Positions 1-8,855 of a DNA stretch of 64,000 nt are shown piece after piece. The notes under the pieces are model-generated. The model had not been told where the DNA came from and ran no database searches. It saw only the letters and a list, made by a program, of their open reading frames with translations. The DNA is taken from sequence record NC_048674.1; one strand, given 5' to 3'. The position numbers and the translations under genes were made by a program. Within the stretch, counting starts at the first letter, position 1. The number at the start of each line of letters is the position of its first letter.

Positions 1-580
1 CTTCAACAAGATCGAATTTTCCTGCTTTGTTGCTTGGGATAACAACTGATTGGAAGTCGTTCGGGAGTTTTGTTACACCATCGAAATCCCCACGGTAGAT
101 AACAGGGGCATGTTTGAAGATCCCATCGATTGCATCCATAACGAAATCGTGGGAGAGGTACATTCCAGTTTCACCAGAGAAAATGAAGATATCAAACACA
201 TAAAAGTCTTGATCTCCATACTCTACTTCTTTTTGAATCATTTTTCCAGTAGTAAGATTACCGGCATATTCCCCGAAGATTGTAACTTGATCAACTTCTG
301 GGTGTTTTTGTTTAACAAAGTTGTATACTTTTCGGGCATTATCATGATATTTCTTTACAATCAGGTCTGCTTCATAAAACTGGTCAAAATCACCAAGAAG
401 ATCAGTTCGACGACCAGCCTGTACATGTTCATCATTTACAGCAAGTTGAAAATTAGTACCATGAATCTTTTCCATTGCAACCCATTCAACACCCTTTGCA
501 GTATATCCGGAAGTTGCAAAAGAGTCGATGACGTTTTGACGATAGTGGTTCTCAAGAGAGTTATATTTTACAAAAATCAT
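1..580 (-). CDS. rnlB: RNA ligase 2 (T4 RnlB family), runs off the window edge
   Basis: Hand translation from ATG 580 (SD AAGGA): MIFVKYNSLENHYRQ..EWVAMEKIHGTNF..FGEYAG..IQKEVEYGDQDFYVFDI. Rnl2 motif I KIHGTN. Absent from the ORF track because there is no stop in the window. Confidence 0.93.
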   Translation of the reverse strand, partial: MIFVKYNSLENHYRQNVIDSFATSGYTAKGVEWVAMEKIHGTNFQLAVNDEHVQAGRRTDLLGDFDQFYEADLIVKKYHDNARKVYNFVKQKHPEVDQVTIFGEYAGNLTTGKMIQKEVEYGDQDFYVFDIFIFSGETGMYLSHDFVMDAIDGIFKHAPVIYRGDFDGVTKLPNDFQSVVIPSNKAGKFDLVE

Positions 581-595
581 ATTATTTCCTTTTAT

Positions 596-919
596 TTAGT
601 CGTAAAAACCGGGTTTTTTGCTTTCAGCAATAGATTTGCGAATTTGTGGCTCTTTGTCATAGCAGGTTTTGCAATATTTCCCAGCAAACACATTACCAAC
701 AAGTTGGTCTTCGTCTTGTGCAGTACCACAACAAGTACATACAAAATATCGAACACCTACATTTACCAAACCACACTGTTCGTTAAGGAACTCAAGTGGT
801 TTGTTTCGTGGGAGTGCTTCTGCATCTCGACCACCAACCCCTTTTCGCCAATAAGACCCTGTGCAGTACTTCGAAAAATAAATGTTTGGGTATTTTACTT
901 GCAATTCTTCGTTACACAT
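596..919 (-). CDS. hypothetical protein, probable Zn-binding (CTCC..CKTC)
   Basis: 107 aa ORF with SD AAGGA, in the operon leading to rnlB. Confidence 0.7.
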   Translation of the reverse strand: MCNEELQVKYPNIYFSKYCTGSYWRKGVGGRDAEALPRNKPLEFLNEQCGLVNVGVRYFVCTCCGTAQDEDQLVGNVFAGKYCKTCYDKEPQIRKSIAESKKPGFYD

Positions 920-1230
920 TTTTGTTTCCTTTCTTTATAAAGGTTGTTAATAAAGTTAACAATTACCGGGTGAGGGACACAAATTTCTTTCTCGGTATAA
1001 CTTACCCTAGCTTTGTGTTTTCCACCATAAAATTTACCAAACACATTTTTGGCGATCATACCTTTTTGGTGGTGTTGGTTCCTCATTACTGAATCTTGAT
1101 CTGCGTTAGATCGCATCAGTTTTGATGGGGTTTTCTCTTTCCAAGAAAATATACCAGTTCCTAAAAACTTGTCAAGACCATATGCCAGACCAAGACAAAC
1201 AACACCAACAGACAAACTTTCTACCAACAT
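895..1230 (-). CDS. hypothetical protein
   Basis: 111 aa ORF, SD GAGG, N-terminal hydrophobic stretch. Confidence 0.65.
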   Translation of the reverse strand: MLVESLSVGVVCLGLAYGLDKFLGTGIFSWKEKTPSKLMRSNADQDSVMRNQHHQKGMIAKNVFGKFYGGKHKARVSYTEKEICVPHPVIVNFINNLYKERKQKCVTKNCK

Positions 1231-1242
1231 AATTAATTCCTC

Positions 1243-1725
1243 TTAAAGGTCAGCGATATCAACAGCAACACCACCAGCAGCGATGAACGGGATGCGGCTC
1301 TTGGCACGGTCATCAACCAGACAAACGTTAGGACGAGCAAACGCGGCTTTGTCTTCACTACACAGGGTATAATGGAAGTTTTCTAACAGTACCGCAGCGA
1401 CGTCAGCAGGATATACATAAGAGACCCAAGCTTTCTTCTGGCGAACTACGTTCTCTGGGTTTTGACGACCGACGCTGGTTAAGATACTTACCTTGCGACC
1501 ACTACGAACCATCTCAATAACCAGAGAAACCCCTTTTTCCATCACCGGAAGATGACGATAGAAATTACCATTTGCCAGTTCTTCTTTGATAAGATTCTTA
1601 TCTTCTTTGTTCAGACTGTCAAACTGTTCTGCCGCACCCTCACCAAAACGAGCATCGAATGCACGACACCAGTCAGCCATCACCCCATCCATATCAAAAA
1701 ACAACTCGTAAGGATCATTCAGCAT
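1243..1725 (-). CDS. HAD-family 5'(3')-deoxyribonucleotidase-like protein
   Basis: FFDMDGVMAD motif I, ILTS, K..W and LVDDR motifs. Start reassigned to ATG 1725 (SD AGAGG). Confidence 0.8.
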   Translation of the reverse strand: MLNDPYELFFDMDGVMADWCRAFDARFGEGAAEQFDSLNKEDKNLIKEELANGNFYRHLPVMEKGVSLVIEMVRSGRKVSILTSVGRQNPENVVRQKKAWVSYVYPADVAAVLLENFHYTLCSEDKAAFARPNVCLVDDRAKSRIPFIAAGGVAVDIADL

Positions 1726-1757
1726 TGTAATTCCTCTTTTGTGTCTCAACGAGATAG

Positions 1758-1787
1758 ATAATACTACACACAAGTTTCATGAGTCAA
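1758..1787 (-). promoter_or_regulatory. sigma70-type early promoter
   Basis: TTGACT-18-TATTAT upstream of the HAD gene. Confidence 0.55.
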
Positions 1788-1801
1788 CCCCTTTTTAAAA
1801 G

Positions 1802-1833
1802 AAAAAAGGCCATGAGCAAATTGCATCATGACC
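1802..1833 (-). terminator. intrinsic terminator
   Basis: GGTCATGA..TCATGGCC stem followed by a U6 tract, downstream of 1847..2209. Confidence 0.65.
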
Positions 1834-1846
1834 CACGTTAGACAAC

Positions 1847-2209
1847 TTAACCGTCCTCGCGTTTTGTTTGAGTTTTCTTCTCAACTCTGGCGTTTTCCAT
1901 CTCACTGATCCGCTTCTCAAGTCTCTCCAATTCAACTCGGTTCCCCCTATTAACCTCATCGATAAGATCCTTACTATAAAGCATTGCCCGCAGTTGAGCA
2001 GTTTCTACAGAATCCTTATTTGGGAGAGATTTAATCTCCGTTCTTAGGTTATCTATAGATTTGTCCATGTGGGAAGTGATTTGCTCTTTAAAAGCTACTT
2101 GGCGGGAATCCGCTATAAATTCATTATATGAAAATATAGAGGCCCAGATCGCCACAATAACGGTTAGGACGGGTAGGGTGTCTTTAAACAGCTTACTATT
2201 TATAAGCAT
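1847..2209 (-). CDS. hypothetical membrane-anchored coiled-coil protein, probably late
   Basis: 120 aa, N-terminal TM segment LPVLTVIVAIWASIFSY, SD GGAG, CTAAATA upstream. Confidence 0.65.
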   Translation of the reverse strand: MLINSKLFKDTLPVLTVIVAIWASIFSYNEFIADSRQVAFKEQITSHMDKSIDNLRTEIKSLPNKDSVETAQLRAMLYSKDLIDEVNRGNRVELERLEKRISEMENARVEKKTQTKREDG

Positions 2210-2254
2210 TTTATTTTCTCCCTACGTCACGAGGAAATGGTATTCCCTCGCATT

Positions 2255-2275
2255 TATTTAGTGTTGCCCTAAATA
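2255..2275. promoter_or_regulatory. back-to-back late promoter motifs (CTAAATA)
   Basis: TATTTAG at 2255-2261 and CTAAATA at 2269-2275 between divergent genes. Confidence 0.6.
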
Positions 2276-2309
2276 ATTATATATGTGAAAAATTTAAAGA
2301 GAGAACGAG

Positions 2310-3743
2310 ATGAAAGTATCAGTTAAATTCAACGACTATAGTAATGCAATTATCGAGTGTGAACGTGACATCTTCATGGAGTTGAGAGAGTATTATTCAT
2401 TTGAGACGGAAGGTGGTGCTAGATTTAATCCTAAGTTTAAATATAGCGGTTGGGATGGTCGGATCCGTCTCCTACAACCTGATGGAAAATTCCCTTATGG
2501 TCTGGTCAATAACCTTGAGAAATATTGCGCTAGAAACGAATACGAATTTGAAAAAGAAGAAGACTTTACTCCTATTAACCATTTCACATCTAGAGAAGAG
2601 TTTGATAAATGGTTGGCTGATATTGATATATATTCTGGGGGAAATAAGATTACCGCGCACTGGTATCAGGCTGATGCGGTTTATTACGCAATTCAGAATA
2701 ACCGGGGTATCTTAAACCTTCCTACGTCTGCCGGTAAATCCCTAATAGCAGCTCTTATTTGTTACTGGTATATGACTAATTATGATGGGAAAATATTGCT
2801 AATCGTTCCAACAACCTCCCTTGTTACTCAGATGATGGACGATTTCGCGGATTACCAGTTTATGAGACGGGAATTTTCTCATGGTATTATGGCTGGCAAA
2901 ACAAAAGATCACCCAGCACCAGTATTTGTTAGTACATGGCAAAGTGCATCGAAACAACCAGTTCATTGGTTCCGCCAATTTGGGGCTCTTTTGATTGATG
3001 AATGTCACAACGTAGGTAGTGAGATTAAGAATATCATCACAAACCTCTCTGAGTGCCCGTTTAAATGGGGTATGAGTGGTTCTTTGAAAGATGGTAAATG
3101 TAATATTATGTCGTATGTTGGTTTGTTTGGGGATGTATTCAAGCCGGTTAGTACTAAACAACTTATGGAAGAGGGTCAAGTAACAGATCTTAAAATAAAT
3201 AACCTGTTCTTGCGGTATCCTAAACAAGATTGTGTATTAACTAAAGGAATAGAATATCAACAAGAGATTAAATATATCGAGGAACATACAAAGAGAAATG
3301 CTTTTGTGTGTCGTTTGGCTTTAAAATTAGCCAAAGAGAAGAAAGAGAATACCTTGATACTGTTTAGGCATAAGGAACATGGGAAGAAGCTTTATGAGGC
3401 CCTTAGCAAAAAACATGACAATGTATTCTTTGCTAATGGCGATACTAACGTAGAGGAACGGGATCAGCTTAAGAAAATTGCAGAGGGTAGCGACGGGATG
3501 ATCATCGTTGCTTCTATTGGTATATTCTCAACCGGTATTTCTATCAAAAAGCTATTCCACGTTATTTTCGCGTCTCCATTTAAATCTAAGGTTACCACGT
3601 TACAGAGTATTGGTCGGGTTCTTCGAAAGCATGGAGAAAAGACTATCGCCACTCTATGGGATATCGTAGATAACCTATGTATTGAGACCAAAAATTCAAA
3701 ACCGGGCTCGGTTAAATATCAGATCAAAGAGATTGAATTGTGA
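2310..3743 (+). CDS. uvsW: UvsW SF2 DNA helicase (C-terminal segment apparently missing)
   Basis: WDGRIRL, LPTSAGKS (Walker A), IDECH (Walker B), QSIGRVLR (motif VI). Confidence 0.96.
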   Translation: MKVSVKFNDYSNAIIECERDIFMELREYYSFETEGGARFNPKFKYSGWDGRIRLLQPDGKFPYGLVNNLEKYCARNEYEFEKEEDFTPINHFTSREEFDKWLADIDIYSGGNKITAHWYQADAVYYAIQNNRGILNLPTSAGKSLIAALICYWYMTNYDGKILLIVPTTSLVTQMMDDFADYQFMRREFSHGIMAGKTKDHPAPVFVSTWQSASKQPVHWFRQFGALLIDECHNVGSEIKNIITNLSECPFKWGMSGSLKDGKCNIMSYVGLFGDVFKPVSTKQLMEEGQVTDLKINNLFLRYPKQDCVLTKGIEYQQEIKYIEEHTKRNAFVCRLALKLAKEKKENTLILFRHKEHGKKLYEALSKKHDNVFFANGDTNVEERDQLKKIAEGSDGMIIVASIGIFSTGISIKKLFHVIFASPFKSKVTTLQSIGRVLRKHGEKTIATLWDIVDNLCIETKNSKPGSVKYQIKEIEL

Positions 3744-4672
3744 AGAAAGATAATTTTGTAGGTATGGAATTCCCCACTCATAAAGGTGGGGTTCTTCGTG
3801 TAATTGGAGTTCATGAGACTGTAAATCGGGTTAAAAAATATCATGTGGAATGTAGTATTTGTTCCAAAGATAAAGAGCTTTTCCCTGATCTATTTTCTTG
3901 CACAAAAATACTTCTTACTAAGGGTGGTATGCCGTGTATGTGTTCACATAAACCGATGGTATCGGAAGAACAACGTATGTTGATTGTATCTCGGGTGTGT
4001 AACTCTTCTGGATATAAGTTTATTGGTTTTGTTGATGGATACAAAACATCTGAATCGTTGCTTAGATATGTTTGTCCATCACATGGAGTCCAAACCGTAA
4101 GATATAACTCGTTTGTAAACCGTGGTTCTAGGTGTCCGGACTGTAACGGTAACAAACGAGGAACTACTGATAAAGTTAGGACAGAAATGTCGGAATATTG
4201 TGAATCCTTGGGGTATAAGTTTGTTGATTTTGTTGGAGGTGAATACAAAAACTGCTACACCAAGTTTGAGTTTATTTGTCCAGAACATGAAACCCAATTT
4301 GGTTCTTGCTTGACATTCAAGAAAAGGAACCAGAGATGTCCTAGTTGTTCTGCTACTGGATATGATACGTCAAAACCCGGATGGTTTTATGTGTATAAAT
4401 ATAAGATGAAAGGAAAGCCTTTGATCTACAAGTATGGAATAACCAACCGAGATCCAAAGAAGAGGTCATCTGAACATACTCAAACAAAGTCCATGGAAAT
4501 ATCCGAAAACGTGTTTAAACGGTTATATGACGATGGAAACGTACCTTTCAATATAGAACAAAAAATAAAACAACAATTTTCTGGTGTGTCTGATTGGTTG
4601 TACTCTGGTAATACAGAGACTATATATGAAAGAGACTTACCAAGAGTATTATCAATTATTCAAGAGGTATAA
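3740..4672 (+). mobile_element. free-standing homing endonuclease, Zn-finger repeats plus GIY-YIG-like (T5orf172/Hef-type) C-terminal domain
   Basis: Repeated CPxH..G.RCPxC modules. C-terminal PGWFYVY..IYKYGITNRDPKKRSSEH. GTGA overlap with the uvsW stop. Confidence 0.75.
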
Positions 4673-4673
4673 A

Positions 4674-5331
4674 ATGATATATTTTGCTGATTATCTTCTC
4701 CTTCAAGAAGAGGTAGAAGAAAAAAACACCGATGGTGATGACAAGCCTGCTGTAAGTATCGAAAAGTTTTTGGGNTGTAGATAACCTATGTATTGAGACC
4801 AAAAATTCGAAACCGGGCTCGGTTAAATATGCACATAAAAATTATGCGTACAAACATGCAATGCNTGGTGAGGAAGTAGAAGACTTTTGATTTTAAAGCC
4901 CCTTCCTTTTCGGTTGGGGCTTTTCTGTTTAGAATGGGTTGTGGTTTTTACTTGGGTTTTTAAGGAACTTCTCGTAATTCTTCAACTCATCATAAACCGT
5001 TTGTGCTATGAAACCAACGCTACATTTTTCTTTTTTATAGATTGCTCCACTAACCCGAACATAACGTGACGCGGAAAACAGGGGGGCGAGANCATTGTTG
5101 TAGTGATTCATTTTATCTCTCCTTAGCGAACCATAGTTTTCATTTTCTTAACAACCACTGTAGTCTGGGTGGAAGGACCACGACGACCAGTACGGGTGAG
5201 GGNATTATAAAAGTCGAATAAAATCCGTTGCTATTTCGGATACTGATGATATTCAGATCCGTGATGCAATCGATGGTCGCCGCGAAGCCTTTAAACAAGA
5301 GGAAGGCGGTGAGGAAGTAGAAGACTTTTGA
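4674..5331 (+). CDS. uvsW.1: UvsW.1, present as two separated fragments (4674-4774 and 5204-5331)
   Basis: N-part MIYFADYLL..SIEKFLG. C-part YYKSRIKSVAISDTDDIQIRDAIDGRREAF..EEVEDF*, matching recalled T4 UvsW.1 YYKKRVKE..DTDDISVRDAL. Fragments are bounded by single Ns. Confidence 0.75.
4777..4830 (+). repeat. 54 bp direct repeat of the uvsW 3' region (3666-3719), 1 mismatch
   Basis: GTAGATAACC..GGTTAAATAT occurs at 3666 and 4777. Confidence 0.92.
5160..5202. repeat. 43 bp exact direct repeat (second copy 5765-5807)
   Basis: GTAGTCTGGGTGGAAGGACCACGACGACCAGTACGGGTGAGGG seen twice. Confidence 0.92.
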
Positions 5332-5336
5332 TTTTT

Positions 5337-5362
5337 AAAGCCCGCTTTATGCGGGCTTTTTG
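5337..5362. terminator. bidirectional terminator after uvsW.1 (variant copy at 4895-4925)
   Basis: AAAGCCCGC-TTTAT-GCGGGCTTTTT between convergent genes. Confidence 0.75.
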
Positions 5363-5679
5363 TTTTTAACGAACAGGGGGTCATAACCAGTTGGTTTCAT
5401 GAGGAATTTTTCATAATCTCTCAGAGTTTCATAGACCGACTGAGAAATGAAACCAACGCTACATTTTCCTTTTTGATAGATTGCTCCACTAACCCGAACA
5501 CAACGTGATGCGGAGAACATGTGGGCGAGATCTGGGTCTACATCATAAAGGAGAGCCAAGATGCAGTTTTGGCGGTTCTTTCCCCGTGTGTGTTCTAGAA
5601 CAAGACAATTAAGTTCTTTTCGAACTTGGTTAGTCAGTTCACGGATCTCCATCACTTGACCAAATTCACCATTTTTCAA
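5347..5679 (-). CDS. hypothetical protein (second allele fragment at 4929-5111)
   Basis: SASRCVRVSGAIYQKGKCSVGFI versus SASRYVRVSGAIYKKEKCSVGFI. True start probably lies in the N-rich region upstream. Confidence 0.65.
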   Translation of the reverse strand: MKNGEFGQVMEIRELTNQVRKELNCLVLEHTRGKNRQNCILALLYDVDPDLAHMFSASRCVRVSGAIYQKGKCSVGFISQSVYETLRDYEKFLMKPTGYDPLFVKNKKPA

Positions 5680-5751
5680 AACATCGNNATNGNGGTNACN
5701 TCANNNNANCGANCNCAGCGATTANCGGAATCNNTGCCGTTNTCGNTNNTN

Positions 5752-5955
5752 TTANCGAANNANGGTAGTCTGGGTGGAAGGACCACGACGACCAGTACGG
5801 GTGAGGGTCATNGTCTCTTTTTTCTGNGAAGGGGTAACCTCNACAGAACGAGCCCANCGATTNGCNGAATCTTTNCCGTTGTCGGTCATTTTACCGAAGG
5901 AAGCGACACGNGCNGCAGAACGAGTNGCGAAGAAAACTTGAGCGGTCATAGTCAT
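5752..5955 (-). CDS. small basic hypothetical protein (N-rich)
   Basis: SD AAGGA. MTMTAQVFFATRSAARVASFGK.. The 3' end (TQTTVVVKKMKTMVR*) is readable in the 5130-5202 copy. Confidence 0.55.
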   Translation of the reverse strand: MTMTAQVFFXTRSXXRVASFGKMTDNXKDXXNXWARSXEVTPXQKKEXMTLTRTGRRGPSTQTTXXX

Positions 5956-6056
5956 GGTTCATTTCCTTTTTTTCAGAAGAGGGACAACCCGTCCCGACAT
6001 GAGTAATATTACCAGAACTGGATTTTGGTGCAAGCGATTTTTGAAAAATAAATGCA

Positions 6057-6090
6057 AAAAATCCCAAGTGATTGATTCACTTGGGATTTT
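6057..6090 (-). terminator. terminator downstream of uvsY
   Basis: AAAATCCCAAGTG-ATTGATT-CACTTGGGATTTT. Confidence 0.75.
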
Positions 6091-6093
6091 ACT

Positions 6094-6511
6094 TTACTTT
6101 ACACCAACCATAAGGGCTTGGTGGTCAACAATCGCTCTAATACTAAATCCACGTTGTCGGATAGATTCGATTGCACCATCACAAAACTTAATCATCAGAT
6201 CCAGATAATCCAGTTTTTTTGATGACAAAAGAACTTTATCGTCCGCCGGGATGATGGTTTTTAATTCAGTTGCACTGAAATCGNAACTCGCATATATCAT
6301 CACCACGCCCAGTATTGTGCATTAGACTATCTTTCAGGATAACAACATGAGAAGAATGAATACCAATACGCTGGCGGCTTAAGTCTGCTTTGTACCGGAT
6401 CCATTTCCCATAGATTACTGGATTGTCCATAGCGGAATTTTGAATATTACCACGGTCGATAATAAGGTCTTTTTCCAATTCTGCTTGTAAGCTTTCCAAT
6501 GAGTAATCCAT
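6094..6511 (-). CDS. uvsY: UvsY recombination mediator (apparent frameshift caused by N at 6284)
   Basis: Two track ORFs join into 138 aa if N6284 is removed: LESLQAELEKD..GKW..GRGDDICEFDFSATELKT..FCDGAIESIRQRGFSI. Confidence 0.9.
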
Positions 6512-6690
6512 TACAGCATTTGCACCTCTTCAATTTTAGAACTCAAATCCGATTCGTTTAGTTTAGAGTTTTCAAATTGATCTTTGTAGTATGCATAACA
6601 CCCTTGATAATGGAGAGTACCATGGGGAGTGTCTACAGTGGTTTGATGCGATTCAATTTTTTGTTTACAAATGATACATTTCATTTTCAT
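6511..6690 (-). CDS. uvsY.-2: UvsY.-2-like small Zn-binding protein
   Basis: Hand translation MKMKCIICKQKIESHQTTVDTPHGTLHYQGCYAY.. (59 aa), TAATG coupling to uvsY. Confidence 0.75.
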   Translation of the reverse strand: MKMKCIICKQKIESHQTTVDTPHGTLHYQGCYAYYKDQFENSKLNESDLSSKIEEVQML

Positions 6691-6725
6691 ATTCCTTTCA
6701 AGTAAGGGGGAATTCCCCCTTTCCT

Positions 6726-8030
6726 TTATTTAGAGCCATCGAAGTACAAACAGAAATCTGTTGGGCGGGTCACGCCAACATAAACAAGCTGTTGCTGTAG
6801 GTCGGTATCGGCATAACTGATATCATGCAACCCAAGCCAGACACCCTTCACAGTAGATCCTTGGCTCTTATGAATGGTACATGCACCAAGAGATTTCGTT
6901 TCTGTAAATGTCTTTTTAGCATCCCAGAACGAAGCCCACGCCGCCTTAGTTTGTCCACGTTGCATTTGTTTTATAACAGCCGCTGCCTCACTGAGTTGGT
7001 AATTAAACTCGGCTTTTGAGTCTTCGCCATATACAGACATAATGTCATGGGTCACACCAGAAAAATCTGATGTTACCTTAAGCTTGGCAACTGAAATAGA
7101 AAATGCAGGGGATCCATCAATACGAATGTTCATATCAGACACTTCGATTTCATCAACAGTTACTACCTCACCATTAGTGAAGATTGTTTCTATCGTATCA
7201 TCGTCGTATTCAACCATAACCGGCTCTTGTAAAACAAGCTTCTCACCTTCGATGAATGGTAGATCTGTTTTGTATACGTGTTTTCGGACAATCGAGTTGA
7301 CTTTATCAACGACCTTGTTTGTAAATGCCAAGAACCTGTATTTGGTTAGGTCGTCCGGAGTTTTCACAACTCGGAGATATGAGTTGATCAGGTCTGTGAT
7401 ACTTTTGACTTTATACACGCCAGACTTTTTCTCTTTGTTCCAGTTCTGATAAATCCATCCACCTTCCCTGATAGTTGTTGCTACCTGAATAATCGGGTTA
7501 TCCAGAGATTGACGCATAATATCAGTCATTCGGATTTGAGTAAATCGACTATCTGTAAAATACGGACTCAATTCGCCCGGTGCGTGATCTACTGGTTGGA
7601 TCTGGTCTTTATCACCTATGGCAATAATACGACAAGTCGGAGGAATAGATTTCATCGTAATATTAAACAGGGTTTTTGAATGCATAGACGCTTCTTCGAT
7701 AATGAGATATCGAACCGTACTAAGGTCTGGCATTTTACTTTGGTCGAAGATCTGAATATCTTCAAGTGTTTCTGGGTGTATTTTCATTAGGCTATGGATT
7801 GTACAAGCCTCAATACCTGACATCTCAGTTAGAACGATTTTAGCTTGATGTGTGGGGGCAGCAAGAACCGTACCCAATTCGTCACCAAGCATTTTGATAA
7901 TATATTTTACCAAGAATGTTTTACCACTACCGGGAGGACCGGATATCGTAATATGACCAGTCCCAGATCGAACCGCATCTACCGCCATTTGTTGACTATT
8001 TGTTAGTGTTATTTCGTTCTCGTTCCTCAT
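6726..8030 (-). CDS. dda: Dda SF1B DNA helicase
   Basis: GPPGSGKT, APTHQAK, IIEEASM, GDKDQIQPV, TIHKSQGST, YVGVTRP. Confidence 0.96.
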   Translation of the reverse strand: MRNENEITLTNSQQMAVDAVRSGTGHITISGPPGSGKTFLVKYIIKMLGDELGTVLAAPTHQAKIVLTEMSGIEACTIHSLMKIHPETLEDIQIFDQSKMPDLSTVRYLIIEEASMHSKTLFNITMKSIPPTCRIIAIGDKDQIQPVDHAPGELSPYFTDSRFTQIRMTDIMRQSLDNPIIQVATTIREGGWIYQNWNKEKKSGVYKVKSITDLINSYLRVVKTPDDLTKYRFLAFTNKVVDKVNSIVRKHVYKTDLPFIEGEKLVLQEPVMVEYDDDTIETIFTNGEVVTVDEIEVSDMNIRIDGSPAFSISVAKLKVTSDFSGVTHDIMSVYGEDSKAEFNYQLSEAAAVIKQMQRGQTKAAWASFWDAKKTFTETKSLGACTIHKSQGSTVKGVWLGLHDISYADTDLQQQLVYVGVTRPTDFCLYFDGSK

Positions 8031-8616
8031 TATTTTCCTTCTCTCTAACTTGTGCTATCAATTTTTCATGTAATTGTGTAGCTGCTTCTTTGACATTATC
8101 TGGCAACCCCTTCATATCGTAACAAAGTTCTCGACCCCAATCCCATCCCAAAGTATATGCGATAGATTGTTGAATATTTTTGTTCCCATAAGGTCGTTTT
8201 GCCTCACTAAGGAATACAGACAGTTTACCATCATAATGCGAGTCTTTGTATTCTTCTTCATGGAAGAAATAAGACCCAATCATATTAAGGCGGTCAAGCT
8301 CACAATATTCCGGTTGACGACGGCGCATTACCTCATCCCAGTATTCTTCTCTGGTCATACCATACTTATTACGATATTCACAATCATAAATTTCGATAAG
8401 GGACGATTTAATATCACCATAAGAGAAAAAAGGTGAACCGAACTGGGTGGTATGCCAATCTCCAAAAACGTCTTGGATATTATAGATCCTACCAAAGTCC
8501 TCGTCATAATCTACTTCAAATTCTCGAAACCAGAACAAAATCCCTTTGAGATAAGGATGTTTACTGATGAAATTGTTAAATGATTCTTCGTCTTTGAATT
8601 TAAATTTACGAGTCAT
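7996..8616 (-). CDS. hypothetical protein
   Basis: 206 aa ORF. N-terminal domain resembles 53412 and 53684. Confidence 0.7.
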   Translation of the reverse strand: MTRKFKFKDEESFNNFISKHPYLKGILFWFREFEVDYDEDFGRIYNIQDVFGDWHTTQFGSPFFSYGDIKSSLIEIYDCEYRNKYGMTREEYWDEVMRRRQPEYCELDRLNMIGSYFFHEEEYKDSHYDGKLSVFLSEAKRPYGNKNIQQSIAYTLGWDWGRELCYDMKGLPDNVKEAATQLHEKLIAQVREKENNEERERNNTNK

Positions 8617-8624
8617 AAAATCCC

Positions 8625-8801
8625 TTACCGATGAACGTTGAAATGAAGGACATTACCATATGCATCAACAAACGTGTTTTTGTTAAACGCAGTCGGTAAA
8701 ACTCCTACGATTGGGATCCCCATCGATTCAAAATCGATGTTACCATTTTCATCAAGCTCTACATCAACAACTTTACCCATATATGAGATATAACCTTTCA
8801 T
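8625..8801 (-). CDS. small hypothetical protein
   Basis: Hand translation MKGYISYMGKVVDVELDENG.. (58 aa), SD GAGG. Confidence 0.6.
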   Translation of the reverse strand: MKGYISYMGKVVDVELDENGNIDFESMGIPIVGVLPTAFNKNTFVDAYGNVLHFNVHR

Positions 8802-8855
8802 AATGTATTCCTCTTTTGATTGTATGGGGGATTTTACTCCCCCTGCACAGTTTTG

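Noticed and set aside
50-940. 296 aa plus-strand ORF
   Set aside because: Antisense shadow of rnlB and 596..919. No SD, and the composition is that of a reverse-frame read.
4775-5340. Genuine tandem duplication or target-site duplication by a transposon
   Set aside because: Each jump coincides with a single N and the pieces are allelic fragments, which is better explained by haplotype interleaving. No transposase is present.
6094-6511. uvsY pseudogene or programmed frameshift
   Set aside because: Removing the single N at 6284 restores a normal-length UvsY.
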